64,000 nucleotides of DNA. Origin: the human T2T-CHM13v2.0 reference genome, Homo sapiens. Location of the stretch: assembly GCF_009914755.1 (NCBI RefSeq), contig NC_060934.1. One strand, written 5' to 3'. Of the stretch, positions 24,625 through 36,380 are shown piece after piece (the first letter of the stretch is position 1; each line of letters begins with the position of its first letter). The notes under the pieces are model-generated. The model saw nothing but the letters and a program-made list of their open reading frames with translations, was not told where the DNA came from and did not search any database. The position numbers and the translations under genes are program-made.

Positions 24625-24753
24625 GATCAAGACAAGACCAGGCCTCTGTCCACCCTGGCCAACTTGGCCATCATCATCACAGATGTCCAGGACATGGACC
24701 CCATCTTCATCAACCTGCCTTACAGCACCAACATCTACGAGCATTCTCCTCCG
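24625..24753 (+). CDS. CDH23: Cadherin-23 coding exon (exon 8, ~c.625-753), end of EC2, EC2-3 linker, start of EC3; 129 nt, phase 0/0
   Basis: Acceptor ctctccgctctctaAG|GAT at 24624, donor CCG|GTAAGA at 24754. Translates DQDKTRPLSTLANLAIIITDVQDMDPIFINLPYSTNIYEHSPP and joins the previous exon in frame (VNAT|DQD). Pro240 codon CCT at 24718-24720 is the reference allele of the known P240L site. Confidence 0.97.
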
Positions 24754-27700
24754 GTAAGACTCCTGGCCCTTCCTTCTCAGAAGTCCCTTCTCAGAGGGAC
24801 TTCCTTCTGAGCTCCTGTTAGGGATGGGCCCTGTTAGTGGGCTGGGCTCCTCCTTGGCTCCTCCGCAGTCCCTGTGCGTGGCAGTGATGAGTGTTCTGGC
24901 ACAGCGAAACCCCAGCCACTCTTCACACCACGCCCATCTCCTCACCCTCTCACTCTACCCAAGGGGCTCTGTGTGGCAAAGAACAAAGGCTTCCAGGGCA
25001 AGTAACGGGGAGCCATTCAGACAGACTTATGTGGAGGGATGGGGATCCCATGGAAAATTCAGCCTGTGCTGAAGAATGGACTCAGTCTGGCTCCACAGAA
25101 CATCAGTGTGGCTCAGCCGTGTCTCTGCCGTGTCAGTCTGTCCCTCTCTGCTGATGAGCACTGCCAGAGAGGGTGGCAGCTGCCCTTCTTCAAGGGTCCT
25201 CTTGGCCCCGGCTCTTCCCTGCGAGCTTGCAGCTCCTTCTGCCCTCCCTAATGCCCAGTCTTTGGATTTCTTAAGTCCAGGTTTCCAAGAAAGGCTCCTG
25301 ATTTTTCTGGTGTGTTGCAAGGTCATAGGTCACCAGCCTGTAGATCGGCTACCCATGGGTGTCTTAGAGGACAAAACATGCCTCGGCCCACTCTGCAAGG
25401 CTGTGGATGGAGCAGCTTTGCTCAGCTGTGGGCCAGACGGGCAACGGCAGCCATCTCTAGTCTCATAACCATTCGTGCGTCTGTGCAAACTTGAATGCAA
25501 CACCGGCTGTGGGTGGAAAAATTAGAAAAATGCGCCTCCCCTAGGCAGTCACAATCCCTGGTCATTAGCTTAGGGAACAGCGTTTGGGGAAAGAAAAATG
25601 AGCCCCTTCTTTTGAGAGAACTCAGTGTGCTTAAAGGAAGGACTCAGCTTTGGGAGCAAAGTGGGGCACCCGCCTAAGGCTCGTGAGCGTTCAGGGCCCC
25701 ACCCGCACCCCTGCACAGGCTCACAGAATTGAGTGTGACAGGTGAGCTTCCCTTGACTGGGGTGCAGGCTGTGCTCCTGGGCCTGACCCCTCATTTGGAG
25801 ACCATGGCTGCCCTGGCCACTGGCCTCCCTTCACAGCATGAGGCCGCAGTCTCCTGGTGTATGGGGCTGGCATTTGGCCACTTCCTTCTTGGGACAGGTG
25901 TGGAGGGAGGCTCTAAGAAGCAGGATCCTTTCCGGCCTGCTACTGTTGAGTGTTTGAAGCTGCTTTGAGAGTAGAGGGGGACAGATCAATGCCCCCAATT
26001 CCCCAGCCTTCTCTTTCTTAGCATTCCGTGGGCAGTGGGAGCCCCTGCTTTTGAGACTGAAGGCTGTCTCTTCTCAGCACAGCCCAGCCCATTTCCCATG
26101 ACTTTCCTAGCCCCTTTTCTCTCTGCCCCTAGCCCAACTTTGCCAGGCCGATACCTTCTCAGCATCAGGTCAGCTGTGACGTGCTGTTTTCAGATGAGGC
26201 AGGGCCCACAATCTGCCCATGGCCCCTGGACATCTCCTGAGTGGTCAGCACTCTTGAACAACTTGCCCCACCTCTGCTCCCCTGAAGGACTGGAAGCGTG
26301 CAGTTCAGCAGGGACAGGGTCTGCTGTGGGCATAACATACAGTGTGTGCTCAGGAGATGGTAATGGAATGGATAAATGAACAAGCACCCTCACCCTGGGC
26401 AGACCAGCATACTCACCATCCTGCACCCTCTCCGCCCCTGTGCCTGCTCTTGTCGCCAGCCCAAAGTCCACCCACCCATTTGTTCCCAGTTCACTCTCTA
26501 CCTTTCTTATAATTTTTTCCCTGGCTTCTTCCCTATCCGTCCCAGAGATAGCAACTCCTCTCCCTCAACCCTGGTAGAATTAACTCTCTCTATGCTGTGT
26601 AATTTTCCACTTAATTATAGTCTCGCCTGTAATGTTACCTATATATGTGGGTTACTTCTGAGCCCCCAGTAATCAAGGTACCTGAGTCTCTGGGACATGA
26701 TCTCATCCTTCCTTTGGGTCTCCAGGGCATCATGCCCAGAGCTAAGTGCAGGGAAGATGCCCAAGGCCAACTAGATTGAAGTATAGAACATGGCAGTGGC
26801 TGGGCAGCCAGAGGAGCTCAGAGGAGTCCCGCACTGCCGTACTCACTTTGGCTGAATCAAACGGCCTCCTGACCAGGTCCTCACTGGGAAAGGGGGATAA
26901 TTGTGCCTGCAGTGGTGCCTCCCTCTCCTTAGGGTTTTAACGGTTGGAGATAATGCACATAAAACACACAGCAAGTGCTGCCAATTAGCGGACATTAAAC
27001 CACGCTGGGCAGTGACCTGGTCGGTCAATTACAGTAGCTAGGTTGGGTTGGGGCTCCCAGCTTCAGCTTCCTTTCAGAGTCGTTGTAGTTGGCAAGAGGT
27101 GTGTTCTTGGTGTGAGTGTCCCCTGAGACCCCTAGGTTGTCTTTTTCTAGTATCTTTTTAGTATATCGTGCAATGCTAAGTTTGCATGCTTTTATTTCAG
27201 ACCTGCAGATTTCTGAGCTGTCCATCCATTGGGTCTGCACTTCATCCTTTTATGCACCCATCAGACATTGATGCGGCTGGTCCCATGTGCAGGCCCCATG
27301 CTAAGCCATGCCCTCTGCTCTACAGGTGATCCCACAGGCCCCTGCTAGGACAACTCCTCAGTCTCAGCAAACCAGAGCCTTGCCCTCCTTAGCTTCCGGT
27401 CTCCTGATGCTCCATTTCTTGGCATATGCTGTGATTCTCCTCTCTCAGACGCAAGGATCTTGATGTCTCTTTGCCTCACCAGTATTGTTCCTTTGTCTCC
27501 ACAAGGGCACTAAGGCCCATGCCCAGGGAGCTGCTAGACCCCCGATCTGGGTGGTGCAGGTTTCAGCCCCACAGCTTGGCTTATGGCTGGGCTGGGGGAG
27601 CCAGAAAAGGCAGTGCATTGAGGGTTTCAGACCCTCCAGCCTGGCCCGGCTCCCCTGGGGCCCACAGAATCTGCCTCCGTGTCCACACATCTCTGCCCTT

Positions 27701-30700
27701 CCTCCAGTCTCCACACTTGAGGAGTTCTCAGGTTCCCTCGCCTCTTGCAGAGCCTCTCTCCTGCAGGCCGATTCCCTTGCACTGCCAGCCTGATCCTTCC
27801 CGGCTGCTAATTGGTTTCTGTGCCTTGATCTGGGCCCTCCATGTCCCTTTACAGTGTAGAACCCTGATTTAACGCAGCATTCCCAGGCCGGGCCCAGGCT
27901 GAGATGCACCCTGGCCTGTTCTGCCTCCCAGGCCAGAGGACCCCAGCACCCCCATTCCCAGCCTTGCCTCTGCTGCCCCGGGGCCCCCACCGGACCTTTC
28001 CCCGCTCTCCCCAACTCCCCCTCTTTATCTGCGGCTCACAGCATGTATGCCTCCCCCTATGAGCGTATCAGGTTAGCATGCCTCATCTAAAGTGTATATA
28101 TTACCTAATAAAATCCTTCTTATTTGGGATTATTGCATCAGATTTTAATTTCCTCACTCGAGCAGCAGCATGTCGGCCTGCCCGTCAGTGAAGGGCCGAT
28201 AGAAGGTGAAAAGAGCGGATAAACTGCACAAATTACTGCCAGCCGATGCCTATCAGCCTTTCGACTGGAATTGACTGGAATTAAGGACTGAGAAATAGGA
28301 TTTGCTACCTCAGAATCTGCTGTGGCAGCTCTCATCGGAAGTCCCCTTCAGCCCCCACCAGCCTGCTCCCCCCAAGGACGCCTCCTACTCCTGAAGCAAG
28401 CTGCACGTTCACCTTTCAAGTCCTTAATCCCGTCATGGAAATGGGGTAGGGGGTGTCCCGGCTGAGCTTGCTGAGCAGGAGGAGGACATGGGTCCCTGAG
28501 GCCAGGAACAGCCCAGCTGGGCTCCTGTGTCCACGGCTTTCCTGACAAGGGCATCTTTGGAAGGGGACAAGCCACAGAGGGAAGAGAAGTCCAGCTTCTC
28601 TCAACTGTGTCCCCACTGCCCGGGCCTCAGAGGCTGGGGCTGTGTCTCACACCTCACCCCCTCCTCATCTTGGCACACGCACTGGGTGCAGAGCCCTGAG
28701 CCCTTGCCTCCTCCAGAGAGCAAAGGGGTCCCCCAGGCACACCCCACACTGCCCTCCATTCCCCAGTCACCTCCGCCTCCCTCCACCCCACCCCCCACTG
28801 CACCATGTGACTCTCAGCAAATCCCTGAGCACTCTGAGCCTCGGTTTGCTCACACATACCCCCATGTGAGGAAAGAGAGAGAGGGGGAACCTTGCTGGGG
28901 GCCCCACACAGTGGAACATCGTAGACACTCCACTAGTGCCAGTTCTGCCCTGGAGGCTGCTAGCTGTCCTCACAATGCACAGAAAGCCACTTGCCTCTAG
29001 GTAGAGATGATTAATATGGGGTGTTGGGGAGTCTGAATTTGCTGAAATTCTTTGGAAAAATCCACGTGGATGTGCATTTTCTGGAAAGAGGCCCCTGAGT
29101 TGTCATCAGATGCACACAGCGATTCCAGGCCCAAATAAAGTAACAATCACGTTTATAGCATTCACCATGTGCCAGGTGCTCTTCTGAGTGCTTCACGTTT
29201 ATCGGCTGCTGAGGGGTGGGGATTGTGATTTTTACCCATTTTATAGATGGGGAAAACAAGGCAGAAAGAGGTTATAAGTAACTTACTCAAAGGATTCGAG
29301 CGCACGCAGTCTGGCAGCAGAGTCAAACCCTTAACCACCTTGTGGTGCTTTTCTGCTCCTCCCATTACAAACAGCGGGGCCCCTGCAGGCCTGCACACTG
29401 TAGCCTCTCTCTCGGAGGCGTCCTACTCCCTGAAATGTGGATTCCTGTGCAGGGCAGAAGCCCTTGGCAGGTCGCACCCTGGCGCACACCCCAGCTGGAC
29501 TGGCTCCCTGGAGAAGCACAGCAGGCAGCGTGCCCTTGGGAGCAGGGTCGGCTCCGGGCCGAGCACAGCCGCACTTCTCCATCCCCCGTCTTTGGAAATA
29601 AGTTTCAGTATATTGAAAATATAATCACTGAGCCTCTGAAACAAGAGCTGTGGGCTCCCAGGAGCCCCCATTCCTCCCTGTTAATTCCTTCTCATAATGT
29701 TTCCAGTCTTTCTGGCTGCACTTGTATTAAAAGCTCAGGGTTTTATTAAAAGTGGATTTATTTACCCAAAAAAAGATGAAACCCCAAACTTTGCCAGGAG
29801 CCTGTCAGAGCTTGCTTCGTAGAAGCTCGGGTATGACTCTTTTAGGAAGAGTCCCCATTGTCCTCCTGTCCTGGAGAACCGACTGGCCTCCACAGAGCCC
29901 TGCCCGCCCAGGGGGCCTCTGGGCAGCCCCATGCAGGAGCCCAGCACGGGCTCTGAGGACTGAGGGCACTTTTGTCGCCAGGTCTCCTCTGCACAAGCCT
30001 GCACCAGCCCCCTCGTGTCTCCCCCTGAGGATCACTGTCCCAGGCCTGGCCTAGCCCTGCTCTGCATGTGTGTCTGGGACATGCAATTGCCCCTGAGTAC
30101 TGCTTAGTGACTCTCTGGGGTGGTGATCCAGTGGACCTCAGGCCCAGTTATCCTAGCAAGCCAGGAGAGCACGGAGCAACTGCTGTGAAGGGATACAAGT
30201 GCTTGGGGAGGGTGAGGTGGGGGGTGCCCCTGCTGTGTCATGGCAGCGAGACTGGGTGGAGTTAGAGGAGGGGTAGCTTGCCCCACAAGAGCGCAGGGCA
30301 TGCGTGTCAGGGAACAAGCCTCTGCACAGGTGAGGGGGGTGGGGGTGCAGCTCGGGCTTCAGCCTCCTGCTGATAAACAGTGAGTGGAGGGAAGTGGCCG
30401 AGGACACAAGAGCCCTTCATTAGCCATGCAGATGCCAGGGTTGACATTTCCCTAGGGGGTGGGGACAGGCTTATCTTGCTCTCCATCACCCAGGGGAACA
30501 CTGTGGCCTGGAGCCAGAGCCTCAGGCAGGCATGGTGGGCAGGCATGGCTGGCACTGGCCATGGTGTGATAGGACCTGGGGAACCAAGTAAAGGCTGCCC
30601 CAGGCAAGGGGCGACTCAGCGAGTGGTGGCGGTGACCTTCCACCCTAAGGTTTAAGGGCTCTGTGAAGGTTTAAACAAACTCTTGTTTGTTCGTTTGTTT

Positions 30701-31748
30701 ATTCAGTCAATCAATCAACCCATCAATTGATATTCGAATGTGCCAGTTGTATGCCAGGATCTCTTCCTAGGACAGTCTTATGCCTCCAGGCACTTGCCTG
30801 AGCTCTGCCTTCTGCCCAGAGCACCTTCCTCTTCATGTTCTCTCCCTGGCAAACTCCTACTCATGCTTCATGACCCATGCTGAATGTTGCCATCTGTACG
30901 ACCATTCGCCAATTCCTCCAGGTGGACTTCTCCCCTTTTTTGTACGTTTCTCCATGTGAGCCATATGTGTATTCGCACTCCTAATATGCGTATAGCAGCT
31001 GTCTGCTCAGATGTTCTTGACTTCATGCCATAGGCTGTGCTCCCCAAGAACGCGTTCCCCTGGCTTCCTATACTGTTAGTTCCAGCTCCTGCCCCTTCTC
31101 CATCAGTGCTGCAGAGAGAATGAGTAGGGGTGTGGGCAGAGCCATTCCAAGCAGGAACTGCCAGGCACAGTGCTGTGTGGGCCATGGTTCCTAGGGCCAT
31201 GGCGGCCTCCTGAGTTGCCACCGTCATCCCCCGAGATACCTGCTTTCATGATTTATGCTTTCATCCCTAAAGTAGTTGAGCCACCATGTTCTCCTTTATT
31301 CAGACCCCAGTGAAAACAAGGTCCCAGGCTTTTTGCTGTTATTCTTATTAAGGTGGAGGGAAAGTGAGGCCAGAGAGGTGCAGCAACCTTCCTAAGGTCA
31401 CACAGCAACGTGATGGGTGGTTGAGCTTGAGACCAGATCTCTTGTCTCTTCGCTGGATGCCCCTCATCTGTTCTTCCGTGGTGGTCCATTTGAACAAGGG
31501 ATATGGGAAGGGGAAAGGGGAATGATAACATCGGTAAGGTTTGGCCTCCCCGTGGACCCTAGGGTGTTTGCCTGGGAACTGCAGTGTGTGCCCAGGGCAG
31601 CTGATGCCTGAGCCCTTGGCATCTACTTCCTGGGTTGCCCTTGCAGCCAGGATCAGCCTGGGGAGGGAAGCTGTGGGTGCCATGATAGCTACAAAGAAAG
31701 ACAGCAGCCAGGGGACCCAAACTCAAGTCCCTCCTCTCTTCTGCCCAG
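24754..31748 (+). other. CDH23: CDH23 intron 8 (GT-AG, 6995 nt)
   Basis: GTAAGA...CAG between two in-frame cadherin exons. Confidence 0.93.
29140..29340 (-). mobile_element. MIR SINE
   Basis: atgtgccaggtgct...cccattttatagatggggaaaacaaggcagaaagaggttataagtaacttactc. Confidence 0.75.
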
Positions 31749-31827
31749 GGCACGACGGTGCGCATCATCACCGCCATAGACCAGGATAAAGGACGTCCCC
31801 GGGGCATTGGCTACACCATCGTTTCAG
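31749..31827 (+). CDS. CDH23: Cadherin-23 coding exon (exon 9, ~c.754-832), EC3 N-terminal part; 79 nt, phase 0/1
   Basis: Acceptor ccctcctctcttctgcccAG|GGC at 31748, donor CAG|GTAAGA at 31828. Translates GTTVRIITAIDQDKGRPRGIGYTIVS+G with the AxDxD motif, in frame with the previous exon. Confidence 0.97.
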
Positions 31828-34800
31828 GTAAGACAGAAGGCTGCCCCTCTCTCCTCTCACCCCTCTGTCCTCCACCCAAGGAGAGCCAGTAGGCATCTCA
31901 GGCTCTGAGGGCTAAGGAGAGGTCTGCAGGCATGTGGGACAGGGTAGGAGACCTGACTACAGGGACAGTCCTCGCCAAAGGGCCAGGAAGGTGACTGAGT
32001 GAAGGCAGGAGGAACAGGGAGAAGAGGTGCTGGGAAGCCGACAGAGGCTAAGCTGTCTGGGGGCTGCTTGGTGGGCACTGGGGGGTGGGCGCGTGTGCCG
32101 CTGTCCAAGGTCTGAGACGGTTGGGCACTTTGGGGCTCTGGGCCTGGGACTTTGGTGACTCCTATCTAACCTCCTGCAGCGCTCTGGGTTTGTCTTTTTC
32201 TTCTCGTATTTGATGAAAAGGTGGCAGTTCTAGCATCATTTTAGAACAAACGGAGCTGCAACTACAGCTGATTTCATGTTCTTTTCACATTTCCAACCCT
32301 TAAGAATTCATGTCGCATCTGGAATGTTGCAGGGGGGAACATCAGCCCCCTTGCCGCCCAGCTGCCTTGGTTGAGCAGAATAGTGACTGACGGCAGAGAT
32401 GGTTCCGGGTGTTGGGATCCCTGACCCACGCCCCACCCAAAGACTGACAAATGGCAGCTCTGTTCGGCTGTCCCAGGGCTGGGTGGTTTTAGAGCAAGGT
32501 TGCCTTGAGGATGTGGTGACAGGCTGCTCGCCCACAGACTCTGGCTCTGCCCACCCCCCATACATGCCATACACAGCCTCCCTGCCCAACCCACGAGTCA
32601 GTGAAGGGTCAGCCTGGTGTATCTGGGCAGGCCAGGTTGATGGCCGAAAGGACATCTGGCCACCAGGCCAGATTCTACCCACTGCCTCTCCCTACCATAC
32701 CCCCACATCCCCAGAACTGGGAGTGGCATTGTTGGAGTAGCATCCTGCCCCTAAAGCTCAGAGGACAGCAAAGCATAGTGATCAAGAACATGGAGGAGGA
32801 TGGAGTCTACTGTGCCATGTCATTTTCACTGGGTCCCTGTCCCTCAATTTGCCTGTACCTCCATAAAATTGGAGCAACAAGAGTACCTACTTCAAGGTGA
32901 TGTAAGGGTCAGATGATTTAACATATAAAGGGCTTAGTTAACGTATGTAAAGTACCATGTAAGTGTTAGCTGTGGTTATTACTACAGCTAGCAGCTAATG
33001 CTACCTTGGGAAGCTAGGGGTTAGCTAGTAGGAGGGAGACACCTCATGTCCTTGGCAATGCAGGAAACCAGGGGTGTCATGGGCTCCCTGGGACCCGCAG
33101 CTGCTGACATGACTATTGTTGCACCTCTAAGCCCAGGGAACCCCAGGACCCAGAGCAACTCCCAGCCCAGCACAGGTGGTGACTGGCAGCAGGAACATGG
33201 GTTTGGGCCTCTGCACCACCCCCTCCCCCATTTCATCATTCTGGTGTCCAGCACAGGACCTGGTGTAGCGTAAACCCCGATATGTACTTGCAAAATGAAT
33301 GAATGTCACTCTAGGGGAGTGAGTTTTCAAACTCCAGCATGCCCAAGAATCTCCCGGGGCTCCTACCAAAACTACGAAGTCCTTGGGCCCCATGGAGATT
33401 CTCCTTCTGGAGGTCTGGGATGGGCCCAAGAATGGTCCTTTCTCACAGCACCCCAGGCAGCTCAGGTGCAGGCAGTCTTCAGACGGGGATGTGAGGAAGC
33501 CAGGCCCAGGAAGGAAACTGTTCTGCAGGAAGGCAGGACCTGCCTGGGAATCGAGGCCCTTTCTAGGTGGGCAGAGCAGAAGGGGAGGCCTGTCTTGGTG
33601 CTGATCTTCTTCATGAATTTTGCAAATTGAGACACAGAGCAGGAGCCTCCCAGTGACCAGGGGCTTGTGCTGGAGAACTGAGGGAACACCGGTGAGCCCT
33701 GGGTGATGGAGCTGGGGAGCCAGGACAGAGCGGCAGCAGGAAGGGGGTGCTGGGCTGGGCAGGGGCGTGTCTCTTATGTGCTCACAGCCTCCGGGCTGGT
33801 TCCAGATATACCCCAGCCTGGATGGAGGTGGGGAGCAGAGAGCCAGGACTTGGTTCAAGGTCATGCTTAGAATGGGAACTCCTGCAGAGACCCTGTGAGC
33901 CCATCCTCCAGGGCGCTGGCCCATTCCAGGTTCATGCTGGGTGCCAGGCTGCCAGTCCAGACCCTTAGGTCCTCTCCAGTCTTCAAAGATGGCTCCAGCC
34001 AGACCCACCTCTCTACTCTATCCTTCTGGGGAAGGAGGCTGGAGATCCAAGCTGCTAAGCCTTTGGTGTCTGGGCTGGACTCTGGAGCTTGGAGTCCGGG
34101 CACAACTGCCTGCAGCATCTCCAGTGGCAAAATCTCCTGGGACAGGCTCCCAAGTACAAACAACAGGGTGAGAAGGGAGACCCAGGATTTGAAACCACAG
34201 GGAAGGGATGTGTGTGGAGGCGAGGGCAGGAGACAGAAACTTCTGGAAGGCCTGAGGCATTCAGCATAGCTTTATAGGATTCCCACTGCCAGCACAGATG
34301 TGTCTTAAGGGCTTTTAGAAAGGATGACAAATGGGTTACCTCTCACATGCCAGCTTTGATTGATTGGTAATGGCTGCCTGCAGAGGATCATGGAACCAAA
34401 TAGGCTCATGAGTGCAGTATTCAATTGGCAGAGTCTGCTATGGATGTGGCAAGGGATAGGGCCACTGTTTGACAAATATTTGCCATCCTTGCTATGTTAC
34501 CACTTGAACAACACGTGCAGGGTGGCCTTAGAACTTCCTTTACCTATTTCGTGGGTGTTTGTCAGCACCTCACTTCACCCAAACCCCTGTTGGGTAATGA
34601 GCCCCTTGAGCAAATGACAGCCCTGCTCTTTCTTACCTAGGTAAGAAAGGTAGGTAAGGGTGGCTCAACAGGGCTGCCCCCACCCCCCATTCCTACCCCT
34701 TTCTCTGTGGCCCTGGGCTGGCACAGTCTCCCTGAGAGCCATCCTCAGCATGAGCCTGAAGCAGGCTAATGGGCAGGAGGGCACTGTCCCCAGGGGAGCA

Positions 34801-36064
34801 GGTGGACAGCAGGCTAGGATTTGGCCTCATCTCTACTTCCTTCTACCAGTGTAGACGTGGCTGAAAAGAACATTGTCTGCCAAGGGTCTGTCTCACACAC
34901 CTGCCTCTCTGGTGACATTTGGTCACAGCCCTCTCCTGGGTGGCCTGGCCAGTGCCTGTTTATTGGAAAGCAGGCAGAAGGGATGGTTCATGTCACCCTG
35001 AGGGCATCTTCACAGCTGATTGCCCCAAGCTTGCCCTGAGTGCCCGGTAGGGGCCTGCCCCAGCCCTAGCTGCTCAGGAACCATTTTCCTTTGAAAGAAA
35101 GAATTAAGGGCTTTGTAGGGGGTGGGCAGAGCCAAATGGAGAGTCCTGAGTGTCACTGACATGGGTGACTTGAGTCTCTGGGGCACCCCCAGAAGCCTGG
35201 GCTGGTGGTGGCTCTGTCTGCAGTGGGTGAGGTCTGTCTGCCCCACGTGGCTGGAGACAGGCCTGAGCCCACAATGGATCCGTGGCCCACAGTTAACTTG
35301 CCCAGTCCCCTGAGGCCCTGTCCCCTCCAGGCTGTTTATCAGCCCCGCAGCTGTGGGGATTTATGTCTGCACACCAGTGCTTTCCCCATTACTAATGACC
35401 CCTCTGTTTTGCCAAGAACAAAGAGGCCTTCAGCACTAAGTTATGGCTCCATTGCCATCAATTTGTTCTCAGCCCTTTGTGGCCAAACTGAGACTGAGGA
35501 ATGACAAGTTCCCACAGAGGACCTGGCATGGGCCCCATCTGCTCCCTCAGCCTGTGCCTGCCCTGCCACCCACAAGTGGCATCATTTTCTTGGGGGCCTG
35601 ACCAAAACAGAGTTCTGCAGGCTCCCATCCCCAAAGGACTGCCCAGCCTGTGGTCTCAACAGACACCCCCTCTGGCCTCATCCTTCCTCTGCCAGACAGC
35701 CACAGTCCTCCTTCAAGGGGCAGCTGCACTCACCCCCCCAACAGAGCACTGAACTTGGAGTCAGAAATTGTGGGTTCGAGGCCCAGCTGTGCCACCTGCC
35801 AGCAATGTATCTGAGCAAGATGTTCGACCTCTCAATCCTGTGGTCCTCGCCCGTGGAACCAGGTTAATAATCCACACATGGATGAGAGGGTGCTGGAGAG
35901 ACTCTAAAGGGCCATAAAATATTAAGGATTATGCATTGTCAAGTAACAAGCAGGACCCAGGGGTCCTTGGGACTCATTCATTCATTTCCTCCTTTATTTG
36001 TTTGAGCACAGGGCAGTGGTTGAGAGTACAGGCTCTGGAGCCGCTGTCCATGGTAGTGACCTCT

Positions 36065-36380
36065 AGCTGTGCCGGCCAGTGCATTTGCCCACAAGCCCAT
36101 GTAGCTACTGGGCACTTGAAGTGCGGCTAGTCTGAATTGAGATGTGCTGTCAATAAAACACATAGGATTTTGAAGACCTAGTGTGCAAAAAAAGGTGATA
36201 AAATATCTCACTGGTAGTGTTTTATATTGATGACATGTTGAAATGATAATATTTTGGATATACTGGGTGAAATACAACATATTATTAAAATTAATGTTAT
36301 CTATTTCTTTTTTGTGGCTACTAGAGAATTTAAAATCCCCCATGTGCCCATATTCTATTTCTGTTGGTGGCTGTGTTCTA
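36065..36380. mobile_element. MER33-like hAT-Charlie DNA transposon, nested in a MIR
   Basis: gcacttgaagtgcggctagtctgaattgagatgtgctgt...atgttgaaatgataatattttggatatactggg...gtggctactagagaatttaaaat; MIR halves on both sides. Confidence 0.8.

Noticed and set aside
19945-24945. Antisense ORFs near or over exons 7 and 8 (197, 172 and 118 aa)
   Set aside because: Shadow ORFs from codon bias and GC content; no independent gene signals.
33127-34008. Longest ORF in the track (293 aa, minus strand)
   Set aside because: Pro/Gly/Leu-rich, no recognisable domain, non-ATG start; expected by chance in GC-rich intron.
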